Shown here one piece after another: positions 1-12,051 of a stretch of DNA of 64,000 nucleotides. Where the stretch lies: positions 9,920,001 through 9,984,000 of the forward strand of contig NC_043002.1 in assembly GCF_006345805.1 (NCBI RefSeq), written 5' to 3'. A program made the translations under genes and the position numbers. The notes below the pieces were generated by a model. That model was not told where the DNA came from and did no database searches. It saw nothing but the letters and a program-made list of their open reading frames with translations. The DNA comes from Octopus sinensis. Lineage: Eukaryota. The stretch's first letter is position 1, and each line of letters starts with the position of its first letter.

Positions 1-231
1 CTGTATTTTTTTTGATATTTGTGAAAGTATAAAGTTAAAGTTGTATTGCGGACAGTGAGTTCGTATCGCAGCTGATATTGAAGGGAATTATTTTTTAGTA
101 AATGGAAATGTGGCATGTGAACGATAAAGGACACGAAGACGGGAAACAGACAACGTAACTTGTCAGAAAGCATAAAACATTATCCTTTGAATACAAGTGG
201 CGAAGAGAGGCGACAAGTTCTGTGAAGCAGG

Positions 232-292
232 AGTTTGTCTGTCCTTGTTTGTCCCCTCTGTGTTTAGACCCTTGTGGGCAGTTAAGAAATAG
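232..292 (+). mobile_element. SINE 3' tail fragment (family C)
   Basis: tttgtctgtccttgtttgtcccctctgtgtttagacccttgtggg matches the tail of the SINE copies at 8788-9200, 23194-23785 and 57445-57675. Confidence 0.75.
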
Positions 293-1023
293 GTTTCATT
301 TGATGTCTTCATCGGAGCATAATCTATCTAGTTGGTAACACTATTATGATTAATATTTTAAAGTATATTCGTGTATAAACCATGTAGGATGCTGTCTAAT
401 ACATGTCTATAGTTATTGATTACCCGATGTCAAAATCAACTCTGGGTTCGTTTCAAGAATTACTTGGTGACCGTGGAGCTTATTCGAATTGATCAAAGAC
501 AGAAAATAAGATTAACAAGATTATTTATTCAAATACACTGCAATTGTTTTGAATTATCCTGCATTTATACCTTACAGGTAAGATGCTGTGCAAACAATTA
601 TCTTGTTATTATCTTGCTGTGCAAACAATTAACACAGGCACAGATTGGGTAACCGCAGGTGACTTTTTGAATAAATATCTCGCTCTTGAATAAATATCTC
701 GCTCTTTCTTTTCTCTATTTCACTCGGTTGAGAGAAGAAACTATATATTCTCTCAATTTCTTGTGAGAACTGCTAGAGTGTAGTAGACAACCAAAATTTA
801 TATCTTAATAGAGCTGGGTGAAAAAAAAAAGAGAATAAAAGGTGAGGTAATTTTTAAAACGTCATCAGACGACACGCAGTCCTTATATGTCATACAAGAT
901 AATTAATAGAAGCACCTGATAATTAATAGAAACATCAGGACACAGAACAACTGTAGCGCATTTTAATAATGAATCTCGTGAATTTTCATTTTCAGTTTCT
1001 GATATATATATATATATATATAG

Positions 1024-1700
1024 TAATAATATTAGGGAATAAATCCAAACTTACAGGGAAAAATTAGATTTAGGATTAAATCCAATTTTATAGTATAAAT
1101 ATATTATATTATATTATATTAAATTAGAGATAAAACCACTATTAGGCGAATCAAACAGTGAAAAACTAGGCAAATCAAACAGTGGAAAACATAAGCCAAT
1201 ACATCCTAGAAGGTATTGGAATATCCTTCAAAGATGAATTCCAAAATAGCGGTTCTATCTTACCTGTAAATTCCATAATTTACGAAGTTGAGATATTGCA
1301 CTCAATATACGTAATTTATCAAGGATATTCCAATACCTTCTAGGATGTATTGGCTTATGTTTTTCACTGTTTGATTTGCCTAATAGTGGTTTTATCTCTA
1401 ATTTAATATAATATAATATAATATATTTATACTATAAAATTGGATTTAATCCTAAATCTAATTTTTCCCTGTAAGTTTGGATTTATTCCCTAATATTATT
1501 ATTATTAATTAATATATTGATAAATTACGTATATTGAGTGTAATATCTCAACTTCGTAAATTATGGAATTTACAGGTAAGATAGAACCGCTATTTTGGAA
1601 TTCATCTTTGAAGGATATTCCAATACCTTCTAGGATGTATTGGCTTATGTTTTTCACTGTTTGATTGTGCCTATATTGGTTTATCTCTAATTTAATATAT

Positions 1701-1763
<63 letters not shown>

Positions 1764-1790
1764 TTAGAGATAAAACCACTATTATATATA
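1024..1790. repeat. Nested inverted (fold-back) repeat, Penelope-like LTR remnant
   Basis: 1024-1210 is inverted at ~1323-1500 and ~1170-1322 is inverted at ~1510-1700; the same repeat recurs at 7880-7930, 21620-21710 and 39915-40060. Confidence 0.7.
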
Positions 1791-2269
1791 TATAATATAT
1801 ATAATATAGCATGTTGTGTGTGTGTGTGTGTGTGTGTATACATTTATGCATGTATGTTTATATGTGGCTCGAAATGAGGAGTAGATAGACAGTGGACGAC
1901 TACCTTTGTTTACCGACCAATGCGTCATTTCACTTTAAGGATGTTTATTTACCCATTCATTATGTTTCGACTGTTGTCCATTGTTTCAAATACATTTTAG
2001 CATTATCGTTCAAGCTTTTTTAAACAATCACATATGATTCGTCCCAAAGAATCAACCTTTAAATAAGAGTTTTGCTTCCACTAGTGAAAGTTATTCTTAT
2101 CTTTAAGAAACCCTCCATACCAATTTAAATTTATGCAACATTCGCTGTTACTTTATGCGCAGGGTATGTGGGAAGACAGAATAAAGAGGCTTTTGGTACC
2201 TTATAATAGAATCGATAATCACTTGGTACACTAAAAGCCATTTTCCTTTTCCAGACAATACAAGCATAC

Positions 2270-3270
2270 CACCTAAAAAGCGAGTGCGCGTTAGCCGATA
2301 TTCTTTTGCAGCGGTCATCAGTGCTGGCAGAATAAGGAAACTAAGAACCAGAGGTCTTGTAGATTGTTGAAGATATCTGCCGCTGCTAGAGCTGCTGGTA
2401 GTCCAGAGCAGCGTGAAACCTATCGAGTACCCGCTGCTGACGCAAGGGCCGTAGAAACCCCAGAAAGAGTACTATCCGTCGGGCACACAACGCTGCATCC
2501 ACCTCTGCCATAAAAGGCCGAAAAAGCCCCAGAAGAGATTGCTATCAGTAGGGCACGAAACGCTGCATCCACTTCTGCCGGAGGATTGGCAGATGATGAT
2601 TACTATTGAACTTCAGTCTAATGTTCACCGGAAGGGTCTTGCCCATGGCTACTGGAAGCTATCGAGTAGTCGATAGCATCAAAATGGCTTAACTATGATC
2701 ATACCGAGGATTACGCCACTCACCGAGAGACTGTTATGGAGGATATGTCTGTAATATGTCCATTTTGCAAGGCCCTCAAGTCGGTTGGAGAAGACAATGG
2801 ACTATGCTGCTCAAACGGAAAGGATCGCTTCCTTGGCCTACAAAATACTCCCCAGCCTTTGCAGCAATTTATATAGGACATTTGCACTTATAACTCTGCT
2901 TTCCAGATGACAAGTTTCGGTCACAAACCCGTTCATGAAGACTCTTATATGACAAAGGTCAAAATTCAGGGCCAAACCTATCACCTTCCTCTCAACAGCG
3001 CTGAAAACCGATTCCTTCAAATTTACTTCATGCGAGCTACCACTGAGCAAATGGCTCGCCGAGATCAGGTAACACCTGGAACAAAATTGCCTATTTTGAA
3101 TGAACTTCAGGAAATGCTCAACACCCCCAAACCGATATGTGAGGGACTTTAAAACTGCTATACAATGCCGACATACAGGCGAGCCCAACTTCTAAGGTAT
3201 CATAAGGACTGACCGAATGCCTATCGGAGAGTACCTAGGATGCTTTAACCAGCCACATGTTAATGAAGTT
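2270..3270 (+). mobile_element. Helitron Rep/helicase N-terminal remnant (pseudogenised)
   Basis: Translations ICPFCKALKSVGEDNGLCCSNGK and FQMTSFG...KIQGQTYH...FLQIYFM...LNELQEML match the conserved Helitron N-terminal blocks as recalled; broken by frameshifts and deletions. Confidence 0.8.
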
Positions 3271-3274
3271 GCAG

Positions 3275-3355
3275 GAGGCGCAATGGCCCAGTGGTTAGGG
3301 CAGCGGACTCGCGGTCATAGGATCGCGGTTTCGATTCCCAGACCGGGCGTTGTGA
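3275..3355 (+). mobile_element. tRNA-derived SINE head (family A), cut by the assembly gap
   Basis: ggaggcgcaatggcccagtggttagggcagcgg...ggtttcgattccc has A/B-box-like motifs; same as 33435. Confidence 0.8.
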
Positions 3356-3455
3356 NNNNNNNNNNNNNNNNNNNNNNNNNNNNNNNNNNNNNNNNNNNNN
3401 NNNNNNNNNNNNNNNNNNNNNNNNNNNNNNNNNNNNNNNNNNNNNNNNNNNNNNN
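3356..3455. other. Assembly gap (100 N)
   Basis: Run of N. Confidence 1.
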
Positions 3456-3796
3456 ACATGTTGAAGAGCATAGATGACTTGACGAAAAAATCTATAATCC
3501 ACCTTGATAAGAATTGTAATAATTTTTCTACATTGAAATTCGAATTGGTGTGAACGAATAAAGAAATATTTAAAAAAATTATTCGTGTTTCTTCGTAAAT
3601 GTGGAGGAATCGTGCTGAGCAAGGTGCGCTTCATAACTTGAATAAATTATTTTTAAAAAAATTGATATATATATATATATTTATAATTTACAAGTTAAAA
3701 CCGGAATCTACAGTACTCTATTAACTCACAGTAATTTTCAAGATATTGTTTTGTTCGTCTCCCCCGTTGTATTAGTATCAAGGTGAATTATATATG

Positions 3797-3837
<41 letters not shown>

Positions 3838-4424
3838 TATATATATATATATGTTACATATATACAAGAGGGATGACCACTAAGTGGACATCCAATATGC
3901 TAGATGTAGACCCCATATGGTCTGACCACTAAGAAAAGATTGTTCTCAAGAAAATTCAGCAAACTTCAGAACGTAAGCGAGCAAGATAAATGAAAAGATA
4001 CAAAATATAACGATTAGTCACATACCAGGTTTCATTGTTACCACTTACATATTTACATACGTAAATGCCCGCAATTCACCAGTGTGACCGTCAGAGCAAA
4101 ATATAATTTGCAGAACTATACACGAGACGTCTACATGAAACTGAACATGCATATAGTTTTGCTGATTATATTTGGGGGTACAAATATAATCAAAAGTCTT
4201 CGTTTCCGCGCGCCAAAAACCGGAAATAATTCTGCTGAAAAATAATTTTCTGCAGTAGATCCTGCTGGCTAGAGAACATGGTTATTTAAATTTAAATAAT
4301 AAGGGTAAAAATTTGAATATTAATTTGATTAATATCAACTTACCACTGGCCTAGCATATTGTAAAATCTGAAGATTCAGAAAAATATATTACATACAAAT
4401 ATGAGGGATGACCACGAAGTGGAC

Positions 4425-4493
<69 letters not shown>

Positions 4494-5833
4494 ATATATA
4501 TATAACTTACTTGGAAATACGAATGCGAAAACATGGAATATGAACTTTTTGGTGAGTTGAAATATGTTTGTCACATATTTCAACTGCTAAGGGTTAATAC
4601 ATTGCAGTTACCGTGGAGAAAAATCTCTCTTTTATAGTAAAAAGTTGTGAAAAGACGCAGTTCGTTCAGTGTTGCCATCTCTTGGGAATCACAAACGTCG
4701 ATGTTTTGAGGTTTTTTGACTCTTGTCAATATGATGTAATGATGTACCTTAGAGAGGCCACTCTGAACGAACTTGAGGAAACTATAACTTTGTATATAAT
4801 TCAGTCAACAGGTTGACTAATTTGCGCCAGTAGCTCGCCCTATCATATTGATTAACGGAGCATGTACCTAAACAATGCTTTGAGCCTATGCTCAAATTGG
4901 AGAGGAATAAATGACCTGTCCAATATATATATATGTATATTTATATATGTATAAAGCTCTTGTATATTTATGTAATATTTTGCACGCGATTTCTTCACAG
5001 ATACATGTATTTATTTTATAAGAGCGAGTAAATATACGTAGATATATGTGCAAGATGTGCTTATTGCTCTGCCGACTTATTCTTTATTCTTTATTTTATT
5101 TTTTATATAATTTTGGCATTTTTATACGTATAAATATTTGAAAATATTTATATATGTATTCAGAAATATATTTTTACTTATAACTATAACTATAACCTTA
5201 TTATTTAAATCTTTATACGTATATTCACCCTAATAATATGATACTTAAATAGAAGGTAATTTACTATATATTGATTATTTCTATACTTTTTAATGATAAC
5301 CCAGAAGATATTTAATAATTGCAGTGTGGAAGGTGTTTATAAGCCATTTAAGAAACACACAAAAACTGTTTGATTCACTTCAACATTTAAATTTAATTTG
5401 TCAAAATATTTTTGACGCTTTGACTTATATTACTCAAATTTCTATGAATATATTTACCCATATATTCATTTGATACTTAAGTATACAGCTTATTACTATA
5501 TATTACTTTTCTTTATACATTTAAGGCTTATCCGAATCAAACTTGTTATATTTGCTTCTCTAAACACACTACATTTCCCCATTTATAAGGTTTAGAAATT
5601 TTTTTTTCTATAAAACAATACCCAGTTAGCCGAAATGGTCCCTAGATTTAACATATAAAAATATAGAAATGTAATGGTATATATTTTCTACTTCTGACAA
5701 GGTTCAACTTTATAATGATTTAATTATTTTAATTAATTTTTAAAGTCTGATTCGAAACGGCTGTCAGGGATTATGTATGTTTTTGTAATTAATAAATATA
5801 ATTATTAATTGATTTGTCTCTATTTTCCTTTTT

Positions 5834-5913
<80 letters not shown>

Positions 5914-6169
5914 TATATTATACATACTTTCATACATACGTACATACATACATATATATATATACATACATGCATACATGCATACATACATGCATACTTG
6001 CGTATATATACATATAAATGGATAAATGAATTATCCTTTGTTTACCGTTAACATGGAAAATTCAATAAACAGTTACCAGGGTAGCAAAATTCATGCAAGT
6101 AACACGGATGAAACGACCTATTCAAAGGTAGAAACTCCGGGTTAATGTGCAGTAATTTATGTGGTATAA

Positions 6170-6791
6170 GTAAATAAATGGAGTTGAACGAGGATGTTAT
6201 TAAAATTATTTCACTTTCGACATATGTTTCGAAGACAACATTGGTTTTATTCCAAAGGAATAAACGGTGTAAAATGCAATCTTCTCATCAGGAAAGAAAG
6301 AGAACCTATCTCATCAACAAGACATTATAAAAATTACGATGACTACCTAAATAATAAACAGAACGTTATTAAATATTAAAAAAAAACCGTTAGTAGATTC
6401 GACGTCAAAGGTAGATACTAGAAAGCGAAGGGTTAAAGAAATAATAAGTAGAGAACAAATAAAGAGGGATACGTTGGTTGAAAAAATGTTCAAAGGCTTA
6501 GAAGTAGATTTCGCTATTGTAGTAAAGTGGAAGTTAAACTAACTGTTCAAACTATAAAGACTGGCGAAATCACTTATATGAGCTAAAGGTATGTTTCTGT
6601 CAGTGTTTACATTTGTAAGATCACTCTATAAGTGTGTTAACAAGGTGATTCTTAGAGAAGAGAATATAGAAGAGTTCAGAGTTGCAAATGTTACAAAATC
6701 CCTTGCCCTTATCGTAAGGAAAAGATATAGACAAGATATGTCGAAAGTAAAAGAATTTTAATAACATCCTCGTTCAACTCCATTTATTTAC
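6170..6791 (-). mobile_element. Penelope-like element remnant with inverted termini
   Basis: 38-bp perfect inverted repeat 6170-6207/6754-6791; minus strand 6580-6720 reads CNICNSELFYILF...YKCKH*QKHTFSSYK, matching the C-terminus of the GIY-YIG ORF at 34748-35371. Confidence 0.8.
6214..6296 (-). ncRNA. Minimal type I hammerhead ribozyme motif (Penelope LTR)
   Basis: ctttc-CTGATGA-gaaga...tcttc-GAAA-catatg-TC-gaaag: full core, 5-bp stems I and II, palindromic stem III, GUC cleavage triplet. Confidence 0.8.
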
Positions 6792-6814
6792 ATATACATA
6801 TATATGTATGTATG

Positions 6815-6849
<35 letters not shown>

Positions 6850-6929
6850 ATATATATTATAATATATATAATATATAATATATATAATACACCAACACAC
6901 ACACATATATATATATAAAGTTAATCCAA

Positions 6930-7112
6930 ACAAGAAAGCACAAAAAAACACAACACGAGGACGTGGAACAAATATAGTATTATTGGACGCTCAGGAAAGA
7001 AGGAAAGAAGGAGGGTTTAACGTTTCGAGCGGAGCTCTTCGTCGGAAACATAGGAGAAGGAAAGATCCCGAGAAGGGAAGACAGAGGAAAAAAAATCGCC
7101 AACGGTACACAC
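6930..7112 (-). mobile_element. Penelope-like LTR repeat (degenerate hammerhead family)
   Basis: Near-identical to 26275-26415 (+) and 37225-37420 (-); carries a C(T/C)GACGA-agagc-tcc-gctc-GAAA-cgtt motif. Confidence 0.6.
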
Positions 7113-7292
7113 GCGGTATGTATATATACATACACACACACATACATATATATAATACACACACAAACATATATATAGGTCGTCATTTTTCCATTCAGTT
7201 GAATTTCCATGGTTTTCCCTAGTTTTAAAAATTGGAAAAATTAGACATAGTTGATACCAAATACACTAAAACTCTCTTTTATGTTTTATCTT

Positions 7293-7336
7293 TTACCTAA
7301 TTCCGTTATCAGTCTGTAGGATGGCTGAGGAACTGT
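7293..7336 (-). CDS. Gene A, probable last coding exon: (Y)SSSAILQTDNGIR*
   Basis: Acceptor tctcttctag, phase 1; paralog 53693-53736 has the acceptor and stop at identical positions; a GT after 40 nt means it could instead be an internal exon. Confidence 0.6.
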
Positions 7337-7949
7337 CTAGAAGAGATTCGGTCGAATTAATCGACACAGTTCCTTGTCTTTAAGGCCGGTAATTCTTTTA
7401 TTGATAGCTCTTACCGAACCGCAAAATTACAGAGATATGGACACATCAACACATGTGAAGGGAAGGGGTCAGGACACAGATACAGACAAATACTTGCGCT
7501 CACACTCTCGCACACACACTGTCATACACACGCGCGCGCACACACACATACACACTCACAACACACACCACACATACACACACACACACACGCATATATA
7601 TATATACTCTTTATCTTATTAAACTTATAATACTTTTTGATAGTTTATAAAAAAAAATAAATTAATTAATTAATATAAAAATAGAAAATAAAAAAAAATA
7701 ATTAAATAAAATAATAATAAAAATATATATATATTTATAATTTATAAGTTTAATTTATTAATTTAAATAATTTTTTAAACTTTTAACTTTAATTTAAATA
7801 TTTTAATTGGATTTTTATATTTTATATTTTATATTTTATATTTTTTTATATATTTTTAAAATTAATTTTATTTCTATGTATTGGCTTATGATTTTCACTG
7901 TTTGATTTGCCTAATAGTGGTTTTATCTCTAATTAATATAATATATATG

Positions 7950-8014
<65 letters not shown>

Positions 8015-8019
8015 CAAAA

Positions 8020-8263
8020 ATGTTCCCCTCGAGCCATGCCAGGCTTACAAGGGCCGGTTCCCGGTTTCAGTGGTGTAGAAATTCCCCACCTGGACGGGAC
8101 GCGGGTCCGTCGCAGGATTACTCATTTTTGCCAGCTGAGTGGACTGGAGCAACGTGAAATGAAATGTTTTGCTCAAGAACGCAACGCATCGCCCGGTCCA
8201 GGAATGGAAACCACAACCTTACGATCATGAGTTCAACATCCCAACCACTAAGCCACGCGCCTC

Positions 8264-8270
<7 letters not shown>
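8020..8270 (-). mobile_element. tRNA-derived SINE (family A variant)
   Basis: tRNA-like head ggaggcgcgtggcttagtgg; body shared with 19280-19520. Confidence 0.8.
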
Positions 8271-8294
<24 letters not shown>

Positions 8295-8427
8295 CCAAAA
8301 TGTCATGCAGTGTAACTGAACCCGGAACCATGTGGTTGCGAAGCAAGCTCCTTACCATAAAGCTACGCTTGCGCCTATATACTGGATATATAATATGTGG
8401 GAAGATATACTATTTATATTTACTTAC

Positions 8428-8550
8428 ATATTCTTTTAATGACAACGTTGGTTCCTTTGCATTCTAGAAGAATACAATCGTATTTCCTTCTATGAAAGAT
8501 AATTTGATTGGAACAATAGCATTTTGCTTCATAAAAACAGCCTTTGCAAT
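8428..8550 (-). CDS. Gene A, Cys-rich exon: (Y)CKGCFYEAKCYCSNQIIFHRRKYDCILLECKGTNVVIKRI
   Basis: 123-nt phase 1-1 open exon with acceptor ttaactccag and donor gtaagt; same length, phase and 6 Cys as paralog 54081-54203. Confidence 0.85.
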
Positions 8551-8787
8551 CTGGAGTTAACAATAAAATACGATGCTGATTTATAATTTAGAAATTCAAG
8601 GACAGATCATTTATAGACAGACGAGATGGAGTATTGGCTATTTTCATTTGGAGATTATTGAAACTAAGAGCTTCAATGTTATCTTAATTCGCTAAAATAT
8701 CAAATTAGACTTCTTGCTTTTAGTGTATCATATAATTACCCCAATGACGAGGAAAGTTGTGTAACATACAAACATTGACATATATAT

Positions 8788-9200
8788 TTCTTTACTACCC
8801 ACAAGGGCCTAAACACAGAGGGGACAAACAAGGACAGACAAACGAATTAAGTCGATTACATCGACCCCAGTGCGTAACTAATACTTAATTTATTGACCCG
8901 AAAGGATGAAAGGCAAAGTCGACCTCGGCGGAATTTGAACACGGAACGTAACGGCAGACGAAGTACCTATTTCTTTATTGCTCACAAGGGGCTAAACACA
9001 GAGAGGACAAACAAGGACAGGCAAACGGATTAAGTCGATTACCTCGACCCCAGTGCATAACTGGTACTTAATTTATCGACCCCGAAAGGATGAAAGGCAA
9101 AGTCGACCTCGGCGGAATTTGAACTCAGAACGTAACGGCAGACGAAATACGGCAACGCATTTCGCCCGGCGTGCTAACGTTTCTGCCAGCTCACCGCCTT
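8788..9200 (-). mobile_element. SINE family C, tandem-dimer body, with TSD
   Basis: 18-bp direct repeat aaacattgacatatatat at 8770-8787 and 9201-9218; absent at the paralogous site ~54424. Confidence 0.9.
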
Positions 9201-9979
9201 AAACATTGACATATATATAAAAAAAGGTAGAGAAATGAAGTATTTGAATTGGATCACTGAAAGGAAGCTTACTAAATGTCATGAATCACCAGATGCAAAA
9301 TTGAAAGAAAATACCGATGGCTTGCTTCCATGAATATGCAATGCGTTCCGGTATATTCGAACCTGAGTACGTTGATTGCTGGTGTTTGTCATCACTGGAC
9401 AACAACTTCTCCTTTACTACAACTGTACTCATAAAACACGGTTCATTAACACGAGGGTTTCTGAGGACAGCTCTTGTTAGATTCATTGGCCTCGTGGTGT
9501 TTTTGGCTATACCACAACCTCTCTTAGTAATGAATCGATTGTGTTGTGTTATGGAAACATATACGTTGTAAAAGAGAAACTGTTTTCTTGAGCCAAGATA
9601 TTAAAGCGAATAATATATTCACTTTCGAATTTATCGGAGTTAGTTAAAAAATAATTTGCAAGTCTCCGTAAGCAAATGTTAGTGGCAGATGGAGACAGAT
9701 GGAAACATAATTATGGAGATAAATAGGGAATACACTGGACTGACGACATAATATTTTTGTATAGGTTATGAACTATACTGGAATACAAGATAATATGACG
9801 GATTTTGAGTATGAATATTATGGATTATCGCAGGTTCATATATATGGGTCTAAAGACTCATCAAAAGTAGTAATTTTTAATTTTTATTTTACATTTTAAA
9901 CTAACACCATTTTACAATTTTACTTCAAATTAAAAAAAAAAACTATCATTCGATATATTATACAATATTCATATTTTAT

Positions 9980-10069
9980 ATCTTTGAAGAGCAGAAGAGT
10001 TGTCTATAAATGCTTATCAATATAGGATTTCATTATAGGGACAACTCTTCTGCGAAACGATCGTAAGAT
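9980..10069 (+). ncRNA. Hammerhead motif with C3U change, in a Penelope remnant
   Basis: atct-TTGAAGA-gcagaagagttgtc...gacaactcttctgc-GAAA-cgatcg-TA-agat; perfect 14-bp stem II. Confidence 0.7.
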
Positions 10070-10666
10070 GCTTAAATAATTAATTCAAAACTTTAAAACT
10101 ATTAAATTTATTTTATACACATTATATTTATATTTTTATATTTATTTATTTTATATATATTTTTAATACAATAAGTTCTCTCACACGGGTATATCTTTAT
10201 GATGAGTTTGGATATTAATTTCCTTATATTAATAATAATATATCATTAAAAAAATATATGTATAGGTTATGTAACAGCACTAAAAGTGATACATAATTCA
10301 CAAAAGATAAAAATGTACCGGTAGCATTGTTTGTAGTTCCGTAAAAACCATAAAACTAATTAGTTTAAAGCAATGTGGATTAGAATTGCATCTAAAGAAA
10401 TAGTTAATGGTTGCCTTCTTTTACCGCTATTTTGCTTTTTTTTACAAGCCTGTTACTAAGTCAGATTTTTAGTGATGTGCGTAAAATTAGCGAATTCGTA
10501 CTGGTGGGATAATGGGCTCGAAAGATTGTTTCTGAAATATCTGATGATTTAAGATATTGGATGTCATCACAGGAAATAGAGTGAATGTACTTAAACGAAG
10601 AACGAAGCAGTCACTTGATTACTGCATTAAATAAATGTTTAGAATGTAAAAGAAATTGGTACTTAC

Positions 10667-10772
10667 ACTTAGGTACAGCAGCTGTCACAAGAACATTAGA
10701 TAGGACTAGATTTGGGAATATCATAAGACAAAAAAAGACTAGACCAGAAAACAAAACTGGATGTATAAACAT
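10667..10772 (-). CDS. Gene A, signal-peptide exon: MFIHPVLFSGLVFFCLMIFPNLVLSNVLVTAAVPK
   Basis: ttttttcttacag|ATG acceptor, donor gtaagt, 106 nt, phase 1, hydrophobic N-terminus; conserved at 55774-55879. Confidence 0.85.
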
Positions 10773-11572
10773 CTGTAAGAAAAAAGAGGAAGAAGCAAAA
10801 GCTGTCATTAAAGATTGGATATCTTCATATCATGAATGATAACTTATTTTTTACGACAGGTGGCGCTTAAGTATGATTAAGACATTATGTGTTGGACATT
10901 TTAATCTTGAATATTTGAATACCTTGAATGCAAGAAATCATTTGAAAACATAAGTGTAATATATTATTCCAAGTCAATTCTAATTCACTCTCTATTCGAA
11001 AATGGAACTAGTAACTTCTATTATCCTTTGCTATGGATTGTCATCGAATCTTCATCTACGGAACTGCTAATGAATTTCATCTTTTACATATAATTTATTA
11101 CTGTTTTCATCATGGAACTACCAAACGCATAATCTTTTCATTCTGGTCTTTCCTTCATATCAAGATGAATCAGGAAGTACTAATATCCTTTATTACGGAT
11201 ATTCTTCGTTTCTATATTTGTCACTTCTCTCTCCTCGACGAGAGAATACCAGGAAACCTTGATCAATATTTTGATCCACGTGCTTCGCCATTCCAGAAAC
11301 ATACCTACTCTGCACTACGTTTGTATACTCTACTAAAATTAAATGTTTTTCGAGTGATGCCAAACGTTTTCCCTTTTTATTTTCTATTTCAATCGATATC
11401 CGCAGGTTCAATGAGCAACAACTTATAGCCATCTTTGATAGCGATAACCACTCTCAGTTCCACATGTTCCAGTTGCAATTAAAGTGTTAGGCTTAGTCCA
11501 AACTTATAGTACATAACGATTACACTGCGTCATTTGACGAAAACTTATAACTGCTCTTTTCCTATATATATA

Positions 11573-11637
<65 letters not shown>

Positions 11638-11753
11638 TATATGTCTCCATGATCAAAGAATTAATATACTGAAGATCTGATGACAGTCCATGGCAAAAGG
11701 TAATGGAAGACACTAGTTCCATTTTTGAATAGAGATTGAATTAGAATTGATTT

Positions 11754-11755
<2 letters not shown>

Positions 11756-11797
<42 letters not shown>

Positions 11798-12050
11798 TAA
11801 TGCCTTGATGCAGTACCACAGTACCAGGCAGCGGCTCTAATGGCTTCTGATCTTAACTGACTGGAAGTTTTATCATGTACATTGTTTTGTCTTGGTATAA
11901 AAGATGGGCTACAGCAAATATTCTGCTCAATATCATATATTTGTTTGTCAGTTCTTTTGGCCTTAACCAACTGAGCGTATCGTCTGGTGTCGAGATGAAT
12001 TCTTTGGTGTTTGGATAGATGCAAAGGAGTAAGATGATAGATATGTGACA
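11756..12050 (-). mobile_element. LINE 3' end fragment with (ATT)n tail
   Basis: (TAA)n run at 11756-11800 next to a minus-strand frame containing SPSFIPR, similar to the FFPRT motif at CR1/L2-type ORF2 ends. Confidence 0.45.
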
Positions 12051-12051
12051 C

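Noticed and set aside
9286-9600. Minus-strand ORF inside gene A
   Set aside because: The paralogous region in B has a ~120-bp deletion and an insertion and no conserved splice sites; treated as intron.
10585-10839. Plus-strand 84-aa Lys-rich ORF
   Set aside because: Antisense shadow of the signal-peptide exon; splice signals support the minus strand.
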